From the NCBI GenBank assembly GCA_966252305.1, contig CBINOO010000001.1, positions 17,979 through 81,978 of the forward strand: 64,000 bases of DNA, given 5' to 3'. The stretch's first letter is position 1; the number at the start of each line of letters is the position of its first letter. A model generated the notes under the pieces. The model made no database searches. It was given only the letters and a program-made list of their open reading frames with translations, and was not told the origin of the DNA. Positions 58,953-64,000 of the stretch are shown piece by piece. The translations under genes and the position numbers were made by a program. Origin of the DNA: an uncultured Acidimicrobiia bacterium (GTDB lineage Bacteria > Acidobacteriota > Vicinamibacteria > Vicinamibacterales > SCN-69-37).

Positions 58953-61355
58953 TCAGTCCCCCAGCGAGGGGATATCCACGTCACCGGGCACGATGCGTAC
59001 GAACTGTCCACGTTGCATCAGTTCCCGCCCCTTGCCGCCGCGACCAGTCACCTCGTACTTCGCGGTGCTGATCGTCTGCTCACCGCCACGATTGGTCTCG
59101 ACCGTCATCAGGTCGCGATCCCCTCGTGACGCAAGGAAGCCCAGCACACGATCGTCGCCACCAATCTTGATGAGGATGACACCGCGGCCCGGCCCTGAGA
59201 GCAGGTTCACTTCGTCGGCCTTGCACAACATCGCGCGGGCCTGACGGGTCGCCGCAATCAGCGTCTCGGTGCCGGTAATGATGCGCACGCCCACGATCTC
59301 GGCGCCGTCGGCATACCGGGCATATCGGCGACCGGCGCGCGTGCTGGCCTCCAGGTAGGGTTCGAGCGAAAAGCGCAGGCTGTACCCGTCGCTCGACACT
59401 GCGATGGCATGTGTGGGGGGCGCGACCTCGGGGTTCTTCGATGTGATCACGCCGGAAATTCTCGGGTCGAGGCTGGTAGCGCCAACGATGCGCTCGCCAT
59501 CCTTGAACTTGAAGAACCGCTGGATGGGTTCGCCGTAGCCGGTTGACGCGGGAATGTCGATGACGCGTGTGGTGTATGCCACGCCGAAGTTGGTGAAAAA
59601 CACCACCGAGGCGCGTGTTGAGCCGGGCAACACGGCCAGCACCTGGTCCCCTTCGCGCACGCGGGTGGACGCGACGTCCTTGATTTCCTTCTGCCGCTTC
59701 ACCCATCCGTCGCGGGTCACGATGACCACGTTGTCTTCGTCGATGATGAAGTCGTCCGCCGTGTATTCGGGTTCGTCGAGTTCCCCGGCGATCTGTGAGC
59801 GGCGCGGATTGACCTTGTTGTCGCCGTACTTCATCCGAACGGCTTCGATGTCCTCCCGCACGATCTTCCACAGGTCATCGTCATTCTTGAGCAGGCCGCC
59901 GATTTCCTTCGCGCGCTTGCGCTTCTGTGCCAGCTCTTCCTGGATGACGAGGATTTCGAGGCGGGCCAGCCGATAGATCTTCAGCTCGAGAATGGCGTCC
60001 GTCTGCTCCTCATCGAGAGCGAAGGCCGCGATGATCTTCCGCGCGGCATCGGCCTTGCCTTCCGACTTGCGAACGATGCGGAGAATCTCGTCGAGGGCGT
60101 CAAAGACCTTGGCGAAGCCCTCAAGGATGTGGATGCGCTTGTCGAGCGACGCGAGCTCGTAGGTCAGCCGCGCGCGAACCACTTCAAGACGGAAGTGGAG
60201 GAAGTGCCACAGAATCTGGTGCAGATTCAGGCGGTCAGGCTTGCCGACCGCGGAGTTTTCGGTCGGGATGAGGCAGGTCAGGTTGACCGGGAAGTTGGTC
60301 TGCAGCGGCGTGTGTTTGAACAGGTACGCCATGACCATGCGCTCATCCGCGTCGCGCTTCAACTCCAGCGCAATCCGCACATCGTCTGTCGAGAGGTCGC
60401 GCACGTCGACCAGGTGCGGCAGCTTGCGTGAGAGCGCCACGTCGGCAATGCGCTCGATCAGGGTGGATTTGGTGACCGTGTACGGAACGCTCGTGATGTA
60501 CACTACCTTGCTGCCGCGGGTTTCAGGCCCTTTTTCCCAGGTCGCGCGCAGCTTCACTGTGCCCGAGCCGGTTTCGTAGATCTCCTTCAGCTCGGCCGGG
60601 GTGTTCAGAATCTGGCCGCCTGTCGGAAAGTCTGGCCCCTTGACGTAGCGGCAGAGCTGGGCCGTCGACATCTCGAGGCCGCTGTCGATCATCTTCACCA
60701 GAGCGGTGCAGACTTCACCGAGGTTGTGCGGCGGAATGTTCGTGGCCATGCCGACGGCAATGCCCGTGGCGCCGTTGACAAGCAGATTCGGCAGGCGGGC
60801 CGGCAGCACCACCGGTTCTTCACGAGTGCCGTCGTAGTTGGGGCGGAAGTCGACCGTGTCCTGATCGATCTCCGTGAGCATTTCGTCGCTGATACGCGCG
60901 AGTCGGCACTCGGTGTATCGCATCGCGGCGGCGTTGTCGCCGTCCAGAGAGCCGAAATTTCCTGAGCCATCCACAAGCGGATAGCGCAGCGAAAACGGCT
61001 GCGCCATGCGCACGAGGGTCTCGTAGAGCGCCGAATCGCCGTGCGGGTGGTAGTTGCCCATCACGTCACCGACGACCTTGGCGCACTTGCGATGTTTCGC
61101 GTCGGCTGTCAGGTTCTGCTGCCACATCGTGTACAGGATGCGGCGCTGCACAGGCTTCAGGCCATCACGCACATCGGGCAACGCGCGCGACGTGATGACC
61201 GAGAGCGCGTAGTTCAGGTATCGCGTCTGCGCGGCGTCATGCAGGGCCACCTGTTCCGTGCCTGCGGTTGGCGGCGGCGGTGGTGCAACGGTCTTCGATG
61301 ATTCGGCTACCGGTGAATCAAATAGCGAGGGGTTCTTCGGCGGACGCTTGGCCAC
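58953..61355 (-). CDS. parC: Type IIA topoisomerase subunit A (topo IV ParC-like)
   Basis: [22 protein letters not shown], catalytic AAMRYTE, GPDFPTG; no GyrA-box in first CTD blade. Confidence 0.82.
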   Translation of the reverse strand: MAKRPPKNPSLFDSPVAESSKTVAPPPPPTAGTEQVALHDAAQTRYLNYALSVITSRALPDVRDGLKPVQRRILYTMWQQNLTADAKHRKCAKVVGDVMGNYHPHGDSALYETLVRMAQPFSLRYPLVDGSGNFGSLDGDNAAAMRYTECRLARISDEMLTEIDQDTVDFRPNYDGTREEPVVLPARLPNLLVNGATGIAVGMATNIPPHNLGEVCTALVKMIDSGLEMSTAQLCRYVKGPDFPTGGQILNTPAELKEIYETGSGTVKLRATWEKGPETRGSKVVYITSVPYTVTKSTLIERIADVALSRKLPHLVDVRDLSTDDVRIALELKRDADERMVMAYLFKHTPLQTNFPVNLTCLIPTENSAVGKPDRLNLHQILWHFLHFRLEVVRARLTYELASLDKRIHILEGFAKVFDALDEILRIVRKSEGKADAARKIIAAFALDEEQTDAILELKIYRLARLEILVIQEELAQKRKRAKEIGGLLKNDDDLWKIVREDIEAVRMKYGDNKVNPRRSQIAGELDEPEYTADDFIIDEDNVVIVTRDGWVKRQKEIKDVASTRVREGDQVLAVLPGSTRASVVFFTNFGVAYTTRVIDIPASTGYGEPIQRFFKFKDGERIVGATSLDPRISGVITSKNPEVAPPTHAIAVSSDGYSLRFSLEPYLEASTRAGRRYARYADGAEIVGVRIITGTETLIAATRQARAMLCKADEVNLLSGPGRGVILIKIGGDDRVLGFLASRGDRDLMTVETNRGGEQTISTAKYEVTGRGGKGRELMQRGQFVRIVPGDVDIPSLGD

Positions 61356-62187
61356 GGGGCTCGATCGTACCAGATTGCGCCAGCTCGCTTCTCGCCCACG
61401 TCAGCCACCACTGCACACCCGCGTCCGCGGGATCGGCGACCGCCGCCCGTTCCAACGCGGCAACGGCGTCAGCCATTCGCGCGCGCCGAGCGAGGCCGAG
61501 GCCAAGATGGAACCAGGCGGACGCAGATGCCGGATCTTGCGCGACAGCCTGGTCAAGCATCTGCATCTCTTCGTCGTAGCGGCGATTGGCGTGCAGGTGC
61601 AAACCGACTTCCGCGGTATACCGCGCGACCTCGGGAGCCAGCGCGTGCGCCTTGCGTATCACGCTCAGACCTTCCTCGAAGCGGCCGGCCTGCTTCAACA
61701 CACACGCGTACGCGGATAACTGCTCAGCGGCGGCAAGGCGATCGGCCGCGCTGACCATGGCAGGCGCCGGTCCAAGAACCAACAACCCGGTGACGGCCAA
61801 CGTGGCGGCGATCCACCCGGCGGCCGACGATGACCGTGCCGGCGGCGACGGCGGCCTGCGCACGTCGTCTTCGGGCGTGACGACGACGATCAGCCGGTAG
61901 CCTCTGCCCGGCAACGTCTCGATGAACTGCGGGGCGTCGGCGGAGTCACCCAACGCCTGGCGCAATTTGGCCATGGCCACCGTCACCCCTCGGTCGAAGG
62001 CGACGTGTGTCGATCCGCTCCAGAGCGCCGAACGCAAATCGTCCCGGGTGACAACGTGGCCCGGCCGCTCGAGCAGCGCCACGAGCAGGCGAAACGGCTT
62101 CTGCTGAATGGGGACCAGCTGACCGGCGCGCCAGAGTTCCCCCGACGTGACGTCGACCACGAATGATCCAAACCGGACACGCGTCAT
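61318..62187 (-). CDS. CadC/ToxR-like winged-helix membrane regulator with TPRs
   Basis: [39 protein letters not shown]; TM helix; TPRs. Confidence 0.85.
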   Translation of the reverse strand: MTRVRFGSFVVDVTSGELWRAGQLVPIQQKPFRLLVALLERPGHVVTRDDLRSALWSGSTHVAFDRGVTVAMAKLRQALGDSADAPQFIETLPGRGYRLIVVVTPEDDVRRPPSPPARSSSAAGWIAATLAVTGLLVLGPAPAMVSAADRLAAAEQLSAYACVLKQAGRFEEGLSVIRKAHALAPEVARYTAEVGLHLHANRRYDEEMQMLDQAVAQDPASASAWFHLGLGLARRARMADAVAALERAAVADPADAGVQWWLTWARSELAQSGTIEPRGQASAEEPLAI

Positions 62188-62304
62188 GGGCCTGCTCGGA
62201 TTCTCGACGAGTGATTGCCCGAGCACAAGCGTTAACAGCGCAGTTGACCAGGAATTGACACCGAGACGACGACCATCCCGTCGGTCGTGTGCGTCGGGTG
62301 CTGC

Positions 62305-64000
62305 ATGACCCATCGTTGTCTGCTCGTCCTGCTGCTCCTCGCGGCTGCTGCCGCCCCGACCTTCGCACAGCCGACCGGTCCACAGACACGGCCCACCCTG
62401 AGCATCCCCAGGCTCACCGCACCTCCGCGCCTGGAGGATTTTCTGACGCCGGCCCCGCCCGCCGATTCCCTGTCAGGGATGGCACGGGTCGAAGGTTTTG
62501 TGCAGCGATGGCCCACTGACGGAGCACCGGAACGACGACGGACGGTCGCTTTTGTGGGATACACCGCTGACGCGCTCCATGTGGTGTATCAGGCGTTTGA
62601 TCCTCATCCTGAGACGCTGCGTGCCCACCTGATGCGACGGGAGGAGGTCTTTGTCATCAACGACGATGCGGTGGAGCTGCGGCTGGATACGTTCGGTGAT
62701 GCGCGCGAGTCGTACTACCTGGTTGCGAACCCGCGTGGCGTGCAACTGGACGCGGCCTGGCCCGAAGGGGGCGGGCAATACGATGAGTCGTTCGACCTCG
62801 TGTGGACCTCAGCCGGACAGGTCACCGAATACGGCTTCGTCGTGGTGATGTCAGTGCCCTTCACATCGCTGCGATTCGATCCGGCGAAGACCGACTGGGG
62901 CATCTACCTCGGTCGATGGATGCCCTCGACGGGTGAGTGGACATTCTGGCCGCACATTTCGAGTGGGCAGCGCAGCTATCTCGCACAAATGGCGCGGCTG
63001 GACGGTCTGAGCAACATCTCGCCTGGGCGTGGCCTGCAGCTCATCCCGTACGCATCGTCGCGCTCGTTTGCGACACCCGACAGAAGGGACGGGCTCGAGC
63101 CCAGGATCGGCGTGGACGTCAAGGGCATCCTCCGCAACAGTGTGGTCGTGGACCTGGCGGTGAACCCGGACTTCAGTCAGGTTGAAAGTGATGCGCCACA
63201 GATCACCACCAACCAGCGATTCGAAGTGTTCTTTCCGGAGAAGCGGCCGTTCTTCCTGGAGAACGCGGGACTGTTGCAGACGCCGCTGTCTCTGCTGTTC
63301 ACCAGGCGGATCTCGGACCCGCAGGCAGGTGTCAAGGTGACTGGACGTATGGGACCGTGGTCGGTCGGCCTGTTGGGCACCGACGATCGGGGTCCGGGCC
63401 GGCTTGTCGGTGTCGACAGTGCACACGCGGGCAGCCGCGCCTGGGCGGGTCTGGCGCGCGTGTCTCGCCACGTCCGCGGGCGGTCGAGCGTTGGCGCCAT
63501 GGTGACGCAGCGCAGTTTTGGCGACCGCGACAACACGGTCGGCAGCGTGGACACACGGCTGCTCGTGGGACGCGTGTGGGCCATCGAGGCACAGCTGGCT
63601 CGAAGTCGGGTGCAGTCGACTGCCGGCACAAGCGCGTCCGGCAATGCCGCACACGTGTCCGTTGCCCACACCGGCCGCGTGTTCGGCAGTCGGACGGCCC
63701 TCGTGCATCTGGACCGGTCCTTCACCAGCGATCTTGGTTTTGTGCCGCGCGTTGGCGTCAGGCAGCTGACGCAGACCCTGTCCTACATCGTCCGGCCGGA
63801 TACGGTGGTGACTGACTGGGGACCATCGGTGGTGGTGGAGCGCGTGTGGTCGGACCGCGGTCAACCACTCGACTGGCGGGCGCGGACGTCCATGTCCCTC
63901 GGATTGAAGGGCGCCACAACGTTCAGCGTCTTCAACGAGCTTGCCGGGATCACGCTGAACGACGGGAGCGGCGAGTCCGGTGGAGGCGGCCTCTCCCTGA
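62305..64000 (+). CDS. DUF5916 / CBM9-like outer membrane protein (runs off right edge)
   Basis: Not in ORF track; manual translation MTHRCLLVLLLLAAAAAPTFAQ..PFTSLRF..VNPDFSQVESD..RFEVFFPEKRPFFLE..FTRRI. Confidence 0.85.
   Translation, partial: MTHRCLLVLLLLAAAAAPTFAQPTGPQTRPTLSIPRLTAPPRLEDFLTPAPPADSLSGMARVEGFVQRWPTDGAPERRRTVAFVGYTADALHVVYQAFDPHPETLRAHLMRREEVFVINDDAVELRLDTFGDARESYYLVANPRGVQLDAAWPEGGGQYDESFDLVWTSAGQVTEYGFVVVMSVPFTSLRFDPAKTDWGIYLGRWMPSTGEWTFWPHISSGQRSYLAQMARLDGLSNISPGRGLQLIPYASSRSFATPDRRDGLEPRIGVDVKGILRNSVVVDLAVNPDFSQVESDAPQITTNQRFEVFFPEKRPFFLENAGLLQTPLSLLFTRRISDPQAGVKVTGRMGPWSVGLLGTDDRGPGRLVGVDSAHAGSRAWAGLARVSRHVRGRSSVGAMVTQRSFGDRDNTVGSVDTRLLVGRVWAIEAQLARSRVQSTAGTSASGNAAHVSVAHTGRVFGSRTALVHLDRSFTSDLGFVPRVGVRQLTQTLSYIVRPDTVVTDWGPSVVVERVWSDRGQPLDWRARTSMSLGLKGATTFSVFNELAGITLNDGSGESGGGGLSL

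Noticed and set aside
58953-61355. gyrA assignment or quinolone-resistance allele
   Set aside because: No canonical GyrA-box; the QRDR Ser is retained (HGDS)
62851-63864. 337-aa minus-strand ORF
   Set aside because: Shadow of the plus-strand DUF5916 gene

Overview
High-GC, densely coded chromosomal window with no rRNA, tRNA, CRISPR, transposase or prophage that I can see. ADOP permeases with PadR, a carboxypeptidase-regulatory-domain TonB-type receptor and DUF5916/DUF1800/DUF3500 proteins suggest Acidobacteriota, probably Vicinamibacteria (inference). Core content: NAD-linked formate dehydrogenase fdsGBAD with a LysR regulator, sucAB, a split type IIA topoisomerase (parE/parC-like), proline dehydrogenase, two-component and c-di-GMP genes, transporters and secreted hydrolases. 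Strongest leads: (1) a compact operon of a Tat-exported DsrE-like protein, a single-chain cbb3-type oxidase (CcoN-CcoO plus two extra c-hemes), TsdA thiosulfate dehydrogenase and DUF2200, a candidate thiosulfate-to-O2 respiratory module; (2) an 8-nt repeat (CGGCACTT) found both intergenically and in frame in both SucB linkers, where every Cys codon of the repeat has been replaced; (3) a GTGG-hairpin REP family with a REPIN-like doublet; (4) pervasive leaderless and bidirectional -10 promoters; (5) a double LysR operator at the fds promoter. Two edge genes missing from the ORF track were translated by hand. Family names come from motif recognition, not database searches.
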